Source: Vicugna vicugna
Taxonomy: Eukaryota
Assembly (NCBI GenBank): GCA_013265495.1
Contig: MU058065.1
Coordinates: forward strand, 8,721,819 to 8,785,818
Length of the DNA stretch: 64,000 bases
Reading direction: 5' to 3'
Shown here: piece by piece, positions 22,780 to 35,726 of the stretch
How positions within the stretch are numbered: position 1 is the first letter of the stretch
Layout: the number at the start of each line of letters is the position of its first letter
Position numbers and translations under genes: made by a program
Notes under the pieces: model-generated
The model's database searches: none
The model's input: only the letters and a program-made list of their open reading frames with translations
What the model was told of the DNA's origin: nothing

Positions 22780-23830
22780 GCTTTATTTAAATAATTTTCT
22801 TTAATAAAAGTAATGCATGTACATGATTTAAGAAGTCATATAGTACATAAGGCTTATCATGAAACTTAGTGGTTCCCCTGCTCCATCCCCCTTCCTTCTT
22901 CTGAGTACCATGCCCCAGAGGCAGTTGCTTTCAAAAATTTTTAGCTGGTTTTTGTAGTTTTTATTTATATTTATATTTCTTTCCTTAAGTTAAAGAATTT
23001 TAAAATACACAACAGTTTTATATTATTTAGAAGCCAAAACTATGTAAAGAGTTAATGCAGAAAAGTTGCATTCCCATTCCTGTCTCTTTTTACGTTGTTC
23101 CCTTCCTCAGTGTAGGTAATTTTTATTAATTTCTTTTTTATTTTTCTAGTATGTGCTTATGTACATGCAAACAAATACAGTTGCCCACTTTTACCTTTTT
23201 TTTCCAAGAAGCACTAATGAATTAATGTCTGCATTATTCTATATTTTGTTTTAACGTCTTGGAGATCTTGCTATATTAGTACATACACATCTTCTTCATT
23301 ATTATTTTTTTTTACAGCCCCATGATATTGCATTGTGTAGATATACTATGATTCATTTAACCAGTTCCCTATTGGTGGGTACTTGAGTTGTTTCTATTCT
23401 ATTTTTATTAAAGTATAGTTGATTTATAATGTTGTGTTAGTTTCTGGTGTGTAGCATAGTGATTCAGTTATACGTATATATATGCATTCTTTTTCAGGTT
23501 CTTTTTCATTCTAGGCTATTACAAGCTACTGACTATAGTTTCCTGTGTTGTACAGTAGGACCCTGTTGTTTATGAGTTGTTTCTATTCTTTTGTCATTAT
23601 AAATAATACCACAGTAAATAACATAATACATACCATATTTTGTTGATTTTGAGATGTATTTTTCCACACTTTAACATCTTTTATATTGAGGTATAACTTA
23701 AAATTTATGGCTGGCCATAGTTTAATTGGCAGTAGTATTTCATGTACGTGTAGATGGTTCTGTGGGATAGATTCCCAGCAGAGGGATCCCTGGGTAAAGG
23801 GAAAATGCATCTATAGTTTTGATAGATAAG
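22780..23830 (-). mobile_element. Old L1M 3' fragment (host of a younger insertion)
   Basis: Antisense L1-like phrases: tattgcattgtgtagatatactatgattcatttaaccagttccctattggtggg; gggatagattcccagcagagggatccctgggtaaaggg. Confidence 0.6.
23401..23572 (-). mobile_element. Short L1 3' end insertion with perfect 17-bp target-site duplication
   Basis: tgagttgtttctattct at 23384-23400 and 23573-23589 flanks aagtatagttgatttataatgttgtgttagtttctggtgt...tacagtaggaccctgttgttta (antisense L1 3' UTR). Confidence 0.9.
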
Positions 23831-24244
23831 ATGTATTTTAATCTCATGTAGCCTTAGGCATTCATCTTAAATGATCATTTTTGTCATTTTATCCTAAATT
23901 GTACTTATCCATGAAGGAATATCATGGAATACAGTCCTCTTTGATTTTTTCCTTTTTCTTTATGTAATACCTATTACATACTTATTGAGTACTTTCTGTG
24001 TGAGGAGTTCTTAGGTGGTGGCTTTTTAAAATGTGTAATATAATTGTATCTGCCTGTTTCCCTAATGTTAACTTAGAAGTGATGAAAAGTCTCTTTTTCA
24101 TTATTTTACTGTTCATTATGAATGTCTTATTTCTGGTATCAGGGTTTCAGGGTTACATGTTTTGGTGGAAGCTTATAGATTGAGATGCCTTTTGAAAAAA
24201 TTTATTACCTTCTCAAGCTTTTCTCTCTCTCTCATTCCCCTCAG

Positions 24245-24296
24245 ATCAAAATGTGGAGAAAGAGATGAGTTATCCCCGAAGAGAATTAAAGTGGAG
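24245..24296 (+). CDS. NAB1: NAB1 coding exon 3
   Basis: (K)SKCGERDELSPKRIKVE. Acceptor cattcccctcAG, donor GAG|GTATGA. 52 nt, phase 2 to 0. Confidence 0.98.
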
Positions 24297-25099
24297 GTAT
24301 GATTATGTATTACATTTTCTTACACTAATAATGTTTGCTTACTAGCTCAAACTGAAAAAAGGAATTCCTATCAGCTAGTGAAGAATGTGAATTGTAGATT
24401 CTTAAAAGCAATGTAGAATTTTATTGCTTTAAAGTGTCTGTGGTAGTCTAAACTCGGATACTCAGGAAGTTCTCAGAAGAAAACAACAATGATGAGCTCC
24501 ATGTCCAGCTAATTTATCAAAGGTTGATTTGTAGATAGATGTTTTCTACAGATTTAAAATTCTTTTCTGGTTAAACTGTTCCTTTTATAATTTTATTTAC
24601 ATCATTAATCATCTTATCACATACATAAAGAGGAGCTAAGATTCAACTTCTTTGTATTAACTATCTGAGAGAAGTTTAGTAGCTACAAATTATGGAGACT
24701 TTACTGAAATTAAAAGCCTCTTTTAGAGATCATAGTTGAGGCTGTCCTTCTGATTTTAGACCTGCAAGTGGTAAGGTAGGTTGAGCAAGAAAAATGTGCC
24801 TTTTTTTAGGGATCTCAGAAATACAGAATGGTTTCAGAACTGCTGCTCCTTAATTTGGATTGAATACTTTTTTCAAAGCCAGTCTACAGCAGAACAGAAG
24901 TTGGAAGTCAGGCAGCTAGCTCTTTTTTTTTTTTCTTTTCCCTTGGGCAGGGAGTGGAGGTCGGTACTCTCTTAGCCATTCATTATTTAATGTCAAGTTA
25001 AAGCAAATAAGCTGTGTTTATCTACCCTAAATTTCCATCATCAAATTATTCTTACTAAGCATCTGTTTGTATATAATCTCTCATTTATACTAAAGCCAG

Positions 25100-25645
25100 A
25101 GTTAAGCCTTTAAAAACATAAACCCCTTTTCTTGCTTACATCTTTCCAGTGGCTTTCTGTACCTAGAATCAAATCTCCACTTTTCCCTGAGGCGTCTCAG
25201 ACCCTGCATGCTCTGACTCTGGCTTGCATCTCCAACCTCACCTGTTAACGCACTTCCCCATTCTTACTGTGCCCCAGCTCCACCGGCGGACTTTCTGTTC
25301 CTGGAACAAGTCAGACTCATTTGTGCCTCAGCACTCACCACTCCCCATGCCTAGGTCTTTCTCTAGATCTTGACATGGCTTCAGCTCATAGCTGAGAATT
25401 TCCTCTGACTTCCCTGCTTCCCTTTCTAAAGGGGCACTGTTACCCCAAAATCACAGTTAAGCTCTTTGTCTTGTTTTGTTTTGTTTTCACAGAACTTACC
25501 AGTGTCTGAAACTATTATGTATTTGTTTTTAATTCGCTCCACTAGATGAGAATAGAGCTCTTATTTGTCCACTGCTTTATACTGTTTATAATAATGCCTT
25601 GAACTTCATAGGACTTAATAAAATATGTTACATGAAATAATGAAT
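25100..25645 (+). mobile_element. L2 3' region
   Basis: ttccagtggctttct...agaatcaaatctcca...ctgttcctggaacaagtcagactc, ending acttaataaaatatgttacatgaaataatgaatg (L2 tail). Confidence 0.7.
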
Positions 25646-28600
25646 GGCCATGGATAAACATCTTTCACTTATAAAAGCTTTAGCCAAAAGCAGGGGTTCT
25701 CAAAGGAGAGAACAATTTTGTCCAAAGAGAACACATTTTAAAAAATTGTGCTTATATTTATAATCTACCTCACTGTTAGCTCTGGAATAATGTTTAAGAT
25801 GGGTTAGCCTCACATACCACTCAAAGAATTTGTTAAAATGATCTAAAAGGCCATTGAAAAAGCTAAGTAGTGAAATAGTTTTCTCTTGTTGCACCCAAAG
25901 TTAATGAGAGAGGATCCTTGTGGATTTAGCTGTAAGTGACTCTACCTCTGAAAGGAAAGTCAGATAAACATAGAAACTGCCAAAAGGCATGTGCCATTGG
26001 AGGATTTACAGGAGAGAAGGTACAAAACGTACCCAGTGGCCAGGAAAAGTAGTCAGCTACTGGGTTAGAAGTTAACACGTGCCTCTCTGTCTCACCAGTG
26101 GCGCTCCATGTCATCATGACTCAGGCTGCTCTCACATGTAAGCCCCAGTTTCCTTTTTGTCTAGCTTCAGAGGTCACTAGTGAACACTGAAGTTTGAGAT
26201 CATCTATCTCATGGATTTTTGGTGCTATAGTGTTTTCTTGTTAGGCTGTATTAATAATTAGTCTTTCTGACCCTCTGAATGGCCCTGATCTGAAATGTAA
26301 GCAGATTGTTTCTGTATTCAGTTACAGTATTTTGAGTTTCTTTTTAGTAGCTCAGAGTATTAGGTTATAGTATTAGATGTGACCCTCTATTCCTTTATCC
26401 ACTGCTAGAGATAACTGAATTATAGTTCTGTATGGTTAGTTTATTACTTTATACTAGACTTCACAAAGCCATTTGAACAGTCTCAGATTGAGAATTAAGA
26501 TAACCAGTGTTGCCTTTTTCTGTGAATAACAATTCTAACCCCTTCCAAATAAGGATAGTGACTAATCAACCCCAGCTGTCTTTAAATGCTCTTAAAGACA
26601 CTAAATTCTTATTTTTGTTCCCCAGAAAAAGAGATTTTAGCTTTGAATTTAGGACAGTAGTTTACTTTTTTGTTGGTTTGTTTTAATTTTGTCTTGTTTT
26701 TGCATAGTTTTTTTAAAAGCTTCTGTATTGCAGAACATCAGTATCTTTTCAAAATGTGTATTATGCATGTGTGTATAATGCCTACAGATGTATATAGTAT
26801 AGTGTGTAATCCTTTGCAGAATATACTATATTGGCATAAAGACTTGTCTAAATTCTCTTGAGGTATATTCTAAATCGAATTTGAGGTACTGGCATTGTTC
26901 ATTCGGTTCTGGAAGCTGATACGAAGGTAGTTGGTATTTTGCCGTATTGGGTTACTACTCCCTTAAGAAGACATTTCACCAGCTATTAGTGCTTCATCCA
27001 TGTCTCCCTTTTCTGGCTGCTGAGGAGGGGGAGAATTTCTGGCATCAGAAGAGATTAGGGGAGGCTTTATTGGAGGAGGTACCACCTTAGCTGGGTTTTA
27101 AAAGAAGGGTAGAATTTGAGAAGGTAGGTGTGTGGGGTGGAGGGTGGAGGGGCATTGCAAAGAAAGACTGTTGGCAAAGACACAGAGGTAAGAAAATACT
27201 CTGTGCATTTAGAGAACAGTGAGACCAGTTTGTCCAGAATGTGTGGCTGACACATAGGACATCATAAGTAAAACTAGAAGAATTTCAGAATTCTTTGAAC
27301 ATACTGTTTGTCTTATTTTATTTGAGTATTTGTTTTTGCAATTCTTGGCTCATTATCTATTAAGGAAAAGTAATATAAAAATAAACTTAAGCTTAGCCCA
27401 TTGTAAAGTAGTATAACAGATTCCTAATTACTAGGCCCAAATTAATGAGACCCTTTTCTCTTCCTTTACATCTTAATTTTTCCAAAATCCTTGACAACAG
27501 CCAATGAGCATACATGCCAAATTGCCAAGGTTTTTGAATCTTAAAAAGACCATTTTTATAAGGACAAAAAAATATAATATCTAGTAGATAAAATAGAAAT
27601 AACTCAGAATAGGTATGTAACAGAAAGAGAAGCTTCTTGTATGCTGTTTTCAGTGCATTAGGGTACACTAATAAAACTAGTGCTTTGTTCAAGCCCGGTA
27701 GTTATTTTCTCATTGCTAAATGCTGTATTTTCCTGGTCTGTCTGTGATGGTTTGGACGGAATTAAGTTTTAAAATCCTTGTCTGGTTTTTCTCCTCTTAT
27801 TGTATAGTCGGTGGTTTCCCTCTAAGGATAGCTGTTTGTTCGGTGGTGGTGGTTGTTTAATACCAGTATACGTGTTATGTGAAGTACTCGGGACAATTTC
27901 TCATCCTTAAATAGTGTTCTTCCTACAGGGCCTGTAAGATTAAAAAACATAGAGATTTTGAACTTTTTTCTGTAATTCCTAGAATATATTAGACAGACAC
28001 AGAGGAAGAAGCCTGTTAGCTTCAGGAGGCCTTACCAGGGTAGCCCATTATCTGGAATGAAGCCTAGGGGGAAGCCTCTTTAGCCCTATATGTTAGTGTA
28101 GGGTTTGGGAATATTTCTCCTCCCGAGGCTAGATGAGTAGATTGTCCACCTGGAACACAAACCTCTGTATGAATCCACTTCCAGCTAAAATGTAAATGGA
28201 TTATATTTATTCTTTTCTTTTTCATCAGAGACCTCAAATCTAGCTCTGGGTCAGTTGTAAAAATAACTGTTTTTCTAGAATCAATTACATGCCTATCACT
28301 GCTACGCATTTGAAATATATTATTATTACAGACCTTGTCCATTCTATATGGAGTCTTTATGATTTCTGCTTACAGCCAAAGAGTGACCCAGAAATGATCA
28401 GGACCTTTCCCGACTTTCTACATTTCTATCTAGTGGCAGAGTCAGGGCTTCAAATCTAGGTCTGACTTCTAAACTTGAAAGCAGTACCACCTTCCTGGGT
28501 GCTAATAAGGATTCACAAGACATCTTAGGTTTGAAAACCGCTACCTGGATTATACCTCTTCTCCTGCTAGTCTGGTAATAAAGGCAAAGTGTGCACAGGA

Positions 28601-30439
28601 CTGGTAGTCTTTGAAGAAGGGGGAAGGAACGGCAGTTATCTTCTAATCCAAAGATGTTTAACAACAGTTACACACGTTTTTAGTAGGAAATGTAACATTA
28701 TAAATTACAAAATATATTTAAATATAAAACACTACCATTTGACATATTAATTTTTCAGAATGATGAAAAACAATGTGTTAGGAAGATAAAGTCCCTGGCA
28801 CTCTTGTCTTCCCCTCAGTTTTTTTAAACATTAGTTATAAGTAGGTTCGGTTGATGTCTTTTCTTTTACATTAAGGACATATCCTATGACAAACCCTGTC
28901 ATTGCCTCTGGTGTAATAAGTAATATCTTAGAGGAGAGGAAGGATGTGAAAAACAACCAGTCTCGGCCTTGGCAATGGTGGCCGACTAAATGGACTGTTC
29001 ACTGTTTGGATCTCATCTGTCTGCTGAGATTGCTGGGGACTAGGCAGAGAGATAGGAGGTGACAGCGCTCTTGATCCTTTGTGGGCTGGGAGTGCAAAGC
29101 AATCAGAGATAACTGGATGAAAGAAATGAAGTTTATTAATAGAGACCAGAGAAGTCAGAGAATTGGGGCTTGAAAAAGAAAGATTTAGAGGAAACATCTG
29201 CTGGCAGTTCCACTGGGGTGGGGGTGGGAGCGTGAGGAAGCGGGAGGGAAGAGGGTCAGAATCTCCACCTACGTTGTCACTAAGCTTCTTGAAGAGAAAG
29301 CAGGTCTGATTTGATGCAGATTCTTCCCCTCTGGATCAGAAAAACAGAAGCATTACAATCTGCTATTCATATAGAAAGTGTGAGTAGAAAAAAGAAAAAT
29401 GCACATGTGAGGCTTGAGAATATCTGCTGGAACAAGTCATTTTAAAGACAGCTAAGCAGTGCCTTCAAAGCAACTGCTAGTATTTGGTGGAAAGGATGAG
29501 GAGAAATGGGGGTGGAGACCAATGAGATGAGAGTAATTAGGTCATGAACAGCATCCCACCCTGTATCTTTTATTTTCTCAGTGCTCAGACTCAAGAGTCT
29601 CTCCAGTCAGGGAACACTGTGATTAATGGCAGCAGCCAAGAATATGACAAGAAGATAAATTGCTCATAGCATGGTACAGCTGGTTCCTGGGAAAAAAATC
29701 TTGAGAGACTTAGAACAAAAGTCCTGCACCAAACATAATGTGAAAGAGACCATCTTCTTGGGAATGTTCTCACTTTTATTTCTGTGTCATATATTTTCGG
29801 TACCTTATATTTTATGAAATGATAGCTACTCAGGCCAGCAGTTTTCCCATGCATGATGAACTGTCAGACTGGGAGAAAATCAGAATGAGTAATGTACCCA
29901 GTTGCAGAGAGCCACTGGTCTTTGTTATTTATTGTTATTTATTGCTGATTGCATGCTTGTATTTCTCTTTGTTAATGATGGAGCAGTGCTCATTTTCTAA
30001 GAACTTTTACATGTAGTGTTTGAAGTTCCCCCTTCCAGCTTTTCAACATTCTTATGGTTAATAATCCTGACAATGGTACCACCATAAATTTGTATAGCAG
30101 TGTGTACTTTTCCCAAGATTTACCATTTGCATTACTTTATTTAATCCCCACGAATTTCTGTTGAGCGGGTAAAGCAGTGATTTAATCTCCATTTGAAAAC
30201 TAGGAACACTGGAAATAATGAGGTTAACTCTCTTCCATGAGATCACATACCTAGTTCCTAACATGAGAAAATTAGATCACTCCTTTCTCCTGCATGCTCC
30301 TTCAAAGACAGTATTGAGATAACTGGAGCTCCTGGGAGTTCTGGCCTGGGCTCACTCCACTCAAGGTCTGTTGATGAGCTGGAACTTTCCAGTCTGACTT
30401 TACCCCAAGTTCCAGAGTTAGTGGAGGTCTCACCAACAG

Positions 30440-31142
30440 ATCGGACTCAACATGTCCTCAACTGAATTCGTCAACTTTCCACTCTCTCCAACTTCCTGGT
30501 CCTGAGTCTCTGATTCTACTGAATGTTATCACTGAATTCCCAGTTGCCAAAGTCATCTCTCAGGAGTTCATGTATTTCTCTGTTGCATCTGCCATTGTCT
30601 GAGGCTAGGGCGCTAGTATCTGTGTTCACTGTAGCCCTCTAGCCACCATCCTTGACCCCCCAACCCCCCACATCACATTCAGATTCAGATTCGGTTTTCT
30701 AATCTGATTAGTCTTTTCCCTAAGACCTTCCATGACTTCTCTGCATTTAAGATAAAATCTAAAATTCTTAACATGGTTTACAAGGCCTCACAGAATTTGG
30801 CCCTGGGTATCCAATTTCTCAAACCACCCTCTCTTTCTCAGTATATTCTCTTTGTTATCATATTAAATATTTTCCCATTTCCCCAGGATATACTGTTCTT
30901 TTTGCCTCCAGGCCTTTATATAAAGCTGCTCTCTTTCCCTAGAGAACTCTCTCCTTCCAGGTCCCACCCAAGACATCATGCCCTCTGGGAGGCCTTCCCT
31001 GACACACTGTTCTCCCCTATGCTCTGGATCTCTTTGTCCATTTCCCTTCAGACTGTGCTTGTCAGAAGGGCAGAAGCCATTGTATCCCCAGCATTGAGTT
31101 CAGAGGATAGAACCTATTAGGCAAACAAGATTAAATGAATAA
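30440..31142 (+). mobile_element. L2 fragment
   Basis: actcaacatgtcctcaactgaattc...aagataaaatctaaaattcttaacatggtttacaaggcc...tgcctccaggcctt...tctgggaggccttccctgac. Confidence 0.7.
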
Positions 31143-31409
31143 AACAAGTGTTTCTAGATTTCCATTTTTTTTCCACTAAAATGTTCCCCACCAATATGGT
31201 CAGTATTCCCTTGCTGATTTTAGTGTCAAATGCCTAGCTCATGCTCTAAGATATTAATACTATGTAAATATTCCTAAAATTTATCTTATTCCCCCTGTAT
31301 CATAAAGCTATAGTAATATCACTTATAGCATGCTATTTTTTTCACTCTGATTAAATATAGTGGCTTTTGGAGATAGCTTAGTTAATATCAGTTACAGACT
31401 TTTACTGGG

Positions 31410-31600
31410 TTAATTTCTGTGTACCAAGCACTGTGCTAAGTGTTTCTCACAAACTTTTTTCTTCTTTAAAATGGTTCTAAAGTTAGCTGGGTACGAAGGT
31501 TATCCCTATTTTAACAGATGAGGAAACAGACACTGAGAGATGAAGTAATCTGTCTAGTACCACAGCAAATAAGTAGTAGAATTGGGATTTTAACTCAGTG
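31410..31600 (-). mobile_element. MIR
   Basis: ccaagcactgtgctaagtg...tatccctattttaacagatgaggaaacagacactgagagatgaagtaa (antisense MIR core). Confidence 0.75.
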
Positions 31601-31739
31601 CAAATCATAAAGTTAAACCAGTTCAGCTGATGAAAAACAGAGCTATAGGAGAAATGCCTCTATTTACTGTAGTAAGTTCATAAAGGTGGCAACTCTAGGA
31701 TTTTGTGGTTTTCACATAGGCTTTGAAGCCAACGTCTGT

Positions 31740-31860
31740 CACCGTAAAATGAGGGAAACCCAAGGTTGTTTGTGTGAGGATTAAATGAGATAATTGATGT
31801 AAAATACAGGATACAGTCAGGAACTGGTTCATTGTGGGCACCTGGAAAATGATAGCCACT
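31740..31860 (+). mobile_element. MIR
   Basis: gtaaaatgaggg...ggttgtttgtgtgaggattaaatgagataat. Confidence 0.65.
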
Positions 31861-32769
31861 CTGGTGGTTGTTTTCTAAGTCTGCTAGCTTCCTCATTGAA
31901 CTTTAGGGTTTGCTAAAGATAAAGCTGGATTTTTAGATCTAAATAAATTCTTAGGAGAACAATGGAATGACCAAGAATAGTACTTTTCCTTTAGATTTAA
32001 AGTATATACACTTGTATAAAATTTATTCTAGCTCAGTTAATGATTATATTCTATACATTCCTCTAAGACAAGGGTCCTTGGTCTTGGGCCTAGAAAGGTG
32101 GCTATTTTTAGCAGTTTTAAAAGGCTGATTGTATATCAACCCACCATGAAGCTACAAGATTATTTCAAGATGTTAAATTTATCTGCTCTTAACTCTAATT
32201 ATTTTATTGCATGTCTTTGAAATTTAAAAAATAGGAAATGAATTATTAGTTAGGAAATGAATTTTGGTAGATGAAATATTTGAAAACATGAGATTTGCAG
32301 TGGAGAAATAGTCTTTTGAAAAGACCCTAATGGGGAAAATTTTTTGAACCATTATCTCATATTTCAAATAAGATAAATATTTTGTCATTATTACATCTTT
32401 TTCTGTTGTATTATTACACAGTAACTTTGGTTTTTTATTATGCACCCTTTGCTACAAATATACAGCTTATCAGATAAGGAGACAAATGTTTTGGAGGTTA
32501 ATGACAGCATCTGTGAGATCTTAAGTAGTTTTCAGTAAAATTATTAAAACCATGCTATCATAATGTTTGTAGTTATAAATTTCATGTGGAGCCCTAAGCA
32601 AGCAAAAAAACCCCAAAAAACTTGATAAAATTAGTATATGGATTGGCACTAATATATATAAAGTATAAAATGGAAATAATATAACTTGAAGTGTTGTCCA
32701 GGAGTAGAGTGCCCCAGTACGCTCTATTTAATACAAGAACTTAGTATATACTGATAAACATATTCAGCA

Positions 32770-32950
32770 GTTATTGTATGCTGAAGGCAATATCTCATTT
32801 GCTTTATCTCACAACAGCCCTAGTAATTCTTTTATCTTTATTTTTCATATGAGGAAGCTAAAGTTGGGAAACGTTAAGTTACTCATTCGGTGTCATGTAG
32901 CTGTAAGTAGTGGTGGAATCAGAACAGGACTGCAGGTCTTTGTAACTCCA
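32770..32950 (-). mobile_element. MIR
   Basis: tctcacaacagccctagt...atgaggaagctaaagttgggaaacgttaagttact...agctgtaagtagtgg. Confidence 0.65.
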
Positions 32951-33876
32951 AAGCCCGTCACCTGTCAGGTGAAATGGCAAAGGAGAAATCACAAGTCAAC
33001 ATGGAAGAATTCTGCAGACATTTAGGTCAGGAATTTGCTTTGGATGTTCACATTACATATAACAAAATAAATTCCAGGTGGGTTAGAGAGTTAAATTTAA
33101 AAAAAAAAAGAAACAATAAAATAAAGCTTTAGAAAACTAGAGGGTAGATTTGAGTAGTTCTCAAATCTCTAAAGCAGAATGCCTTTCTGAATTGTGTAAC
33201 AATAGAAGAAACCACAAAGTAAAATATAAGTATATACAACTACAGTGTATAAAATGTTAAAAATTGATTATCAAAAAAAAATAAATTGACAAAAATTAAG
33301 AAAACACCACCTAGCTCTGGCATGGAAAACTGTCATATATTGCTTTTGATACGATAAGCCAGTAAAGGCCCTTGAGGAAAGTATGTGAAGGACATAAAAA
33401 TGTTCATCCTTTTGCACTAATTCTGCTTCTGGGAATCTATTGTATTAGATAATCTAAACTATGGGGAAATGCTATTTCCATAAAAATATTTTTGTAATGT
33501 TTTTCACAAAACAAAAAATAAAATAATCTAAATGTCCAATATGAAGATAGTGATTAAGTAGTCAAAACACTAGATGAAATGTTAAATAATCATTGTTATC
33601 AGTGATCATAAAGTCTATGTTCTAGTGTCAAACTGCGGATGTATCAACTTTTTAATTTTTTTCATTGATGTTTTTACTGAGGTTACTTACAGCTATAGAA
33701 ATAAAGTAATTGTACCATAAAGGACGGAAATGAAATATTATACATTAAAATCTTAAATCATGATCATTCAAGTAATAGGATTAAGTTGGATTTCTTTGCT
33801 TTATTTTCTGATTTTTTGATAATATGATTATTTTATTTACAAACTAAGTAAAAAGGGCATATCCTTTGACCCACAG

Positions 33877-33966
33877 GATGGGTTTGCAGACTTTCAGGAC
33901 TCCATGCAAACACTCTTCCAGCAGGCTAAAGCCAAGAGTGAAGAACTCGCTGCTATTAGTTCACAG
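33877..33966 (+). CDS. NAB1: NAB1 coding exon 4
   Basis: [30 protein letters not shown]. Acceptor cccacAG, donor CAG|GTAACG. 90 nt, phase 0-0. Confidence 0.97.
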
Positions 33967-35563
33967 GTAACGTAAACCACTAGTTAATATTTCATAACAC
34001 TGTGTGCAGGTTAAAAAGTCAATGGCTGCTTCGAGGAGCTTCAGTTTTAAGCATCCAAAGACTGAATTTATTTCTGGTCGTTTTAAAAAGTCATCTGATC
34101 CGCAGCTGTATCAACAAGATAGCAGTATCAACTTGGTTTGATTTGGTTTATGAGCAGAATCTGATTGCGTGCTACTTATTTATTCTTTGTAATTGTGGAA
34201 GGAAGTAAGACAGATTCTCTACTTAAGAAAACTCAGAAGAAGCAACTGGATAGCAGGAAAATGGCCATGTTGACTATGGCTGTGTGTAATACAACTCTGA
34301 GATAAGATAGTTCTAGTTCTCAATAAAATATTAATAGTCAGCATTGTCGCTGTTGTTGAACCGTTTCAATTCATGTATAATGAAAAATTATTAAATTAAT
34401 ATACAGCTTCAGGTGCTTTTGCTACTAAGTTATTTAATTATGTACACAGAAATTAACATTTAAAAAAGTCATTTCTGCATCCACACCTTTTAGAAAGAAC
34501 TGTTTTATTCCTGTTGATCTCCCTAGTGACTGCTTTTAGTCAGATTCGGTACTGCCAAGTTTTGTGTTTTTGTGTTAAGAGGATGAAAAACTACATTTCC
34601 CCCTCAGAAATCTTACTGAAATTTTATCAGTTACTTAGTAAGAAATTTAAATGAATTGAAGTTATCATTCCTTTTGGTCTGGTTTATTTGCATTCAGAAA
34701 AACAGTATAAACTTTTATCCTATTCTATAAATTAATATATCTCACCTATTGATTTTTGCTGCTGTGAATCAGGATTGTTTGTAACCAATGTTAATTAGCA
34801 GATTCCTTTACTCCTCTTTTGTATAGCATTTTTACTATTACCTCCTGGGCAAAACATCACAAATACACTGCTTTGAATGTTACAATAGGTAATTTAGAGC
34901 AGTGCATAGAAAAGGACTTACTACATAAATTTATATGTCAGACAAGTAATAGTACATTTGAAACGTGTCTTTTTATGGGTGGTTGGGAAATACTGCAGTT
35001 TCATTCCATGATGAAGATGAAAGATCCTCGTTGGCACTGATGTTTTCCTGCATAATTTGCATTGTTTAATTTTGGTGGGAAGTGTGTTTGTCTTGTTCTT
35101 CTAGACAGCGTTTTACACCTTTTCTCCCCCAAACACACTGTCATCATATCAGAGTTTGTGTCATGCCAGATCCTAAAGTAAAAATGCCAGGACTTCACCC
35201 TGTGTGTTAGAAGCAGCCTATAGCAGATGTTGCGGTTGCTCTGAGGTTCCTTTTTAAAAAATCTTTAAAAGAACTCAGTACTTTGGAAAACAAAGCTAAG
35301 GTTATTTTGCTTTTGAGCTAAAATGGAAGTCTCTTTATAGAATTGAGCAGAAAGCTGTTTTCCTTTTGTATGAAATCCAACATTCTGTGTTTTAACATGA
35401 TGATACAGACGTCAATGCATATTTATGGAACGTGTATACCACATGAAGTGTGAACTAATTTTAATGAATACTAAATATATTTTCTGGAGTCTGAAATTGG
35501 CATCTTTAAACCATTAAAAAATCTAGAATGTTTTAGTTATTTTATTTTTGCTTTACTTACTAG

Positions 35564-35726
35564 CAGCCTGAAAAGGTGATGGCAAAGCAGATGGAGTTCC
35601 TTTGCACCCAAGCTGGCTATGACAGACTGCAGCATACTGAAAGAAGACTGTCTGCAGGACTTTACAGGCAAAGCTCGGAAGAGCACAGCCCTAATGGCTT
35701 GACTTCTGATAACTCTGATGGACAAG
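35564..35726 (+). CDS. NAB1: NAB1 coding exon 5 (tandem TAGCAG acceptor; alternative start 35567)
   Basis: [54 protein letters not shown]. Donor AAG|GTACAT. 163 nt, phase 0 to 1. Confidence 0.97.

Noticed and set aside
27813..27834. gtttccctctaaggatagctg resembling a 28S rRNA segment
   Set aside because: Only ~19 matching nt with a 2-nt insertion and no flanking similarity; likely chance.
31410..31860. Inverted MIR pair (also 38165-38980) as a dsRNA/editing or circRNA driver
   Set aside because: The copies are old and highly diverged, and each pair lies within one intron rather than flanking an exon.
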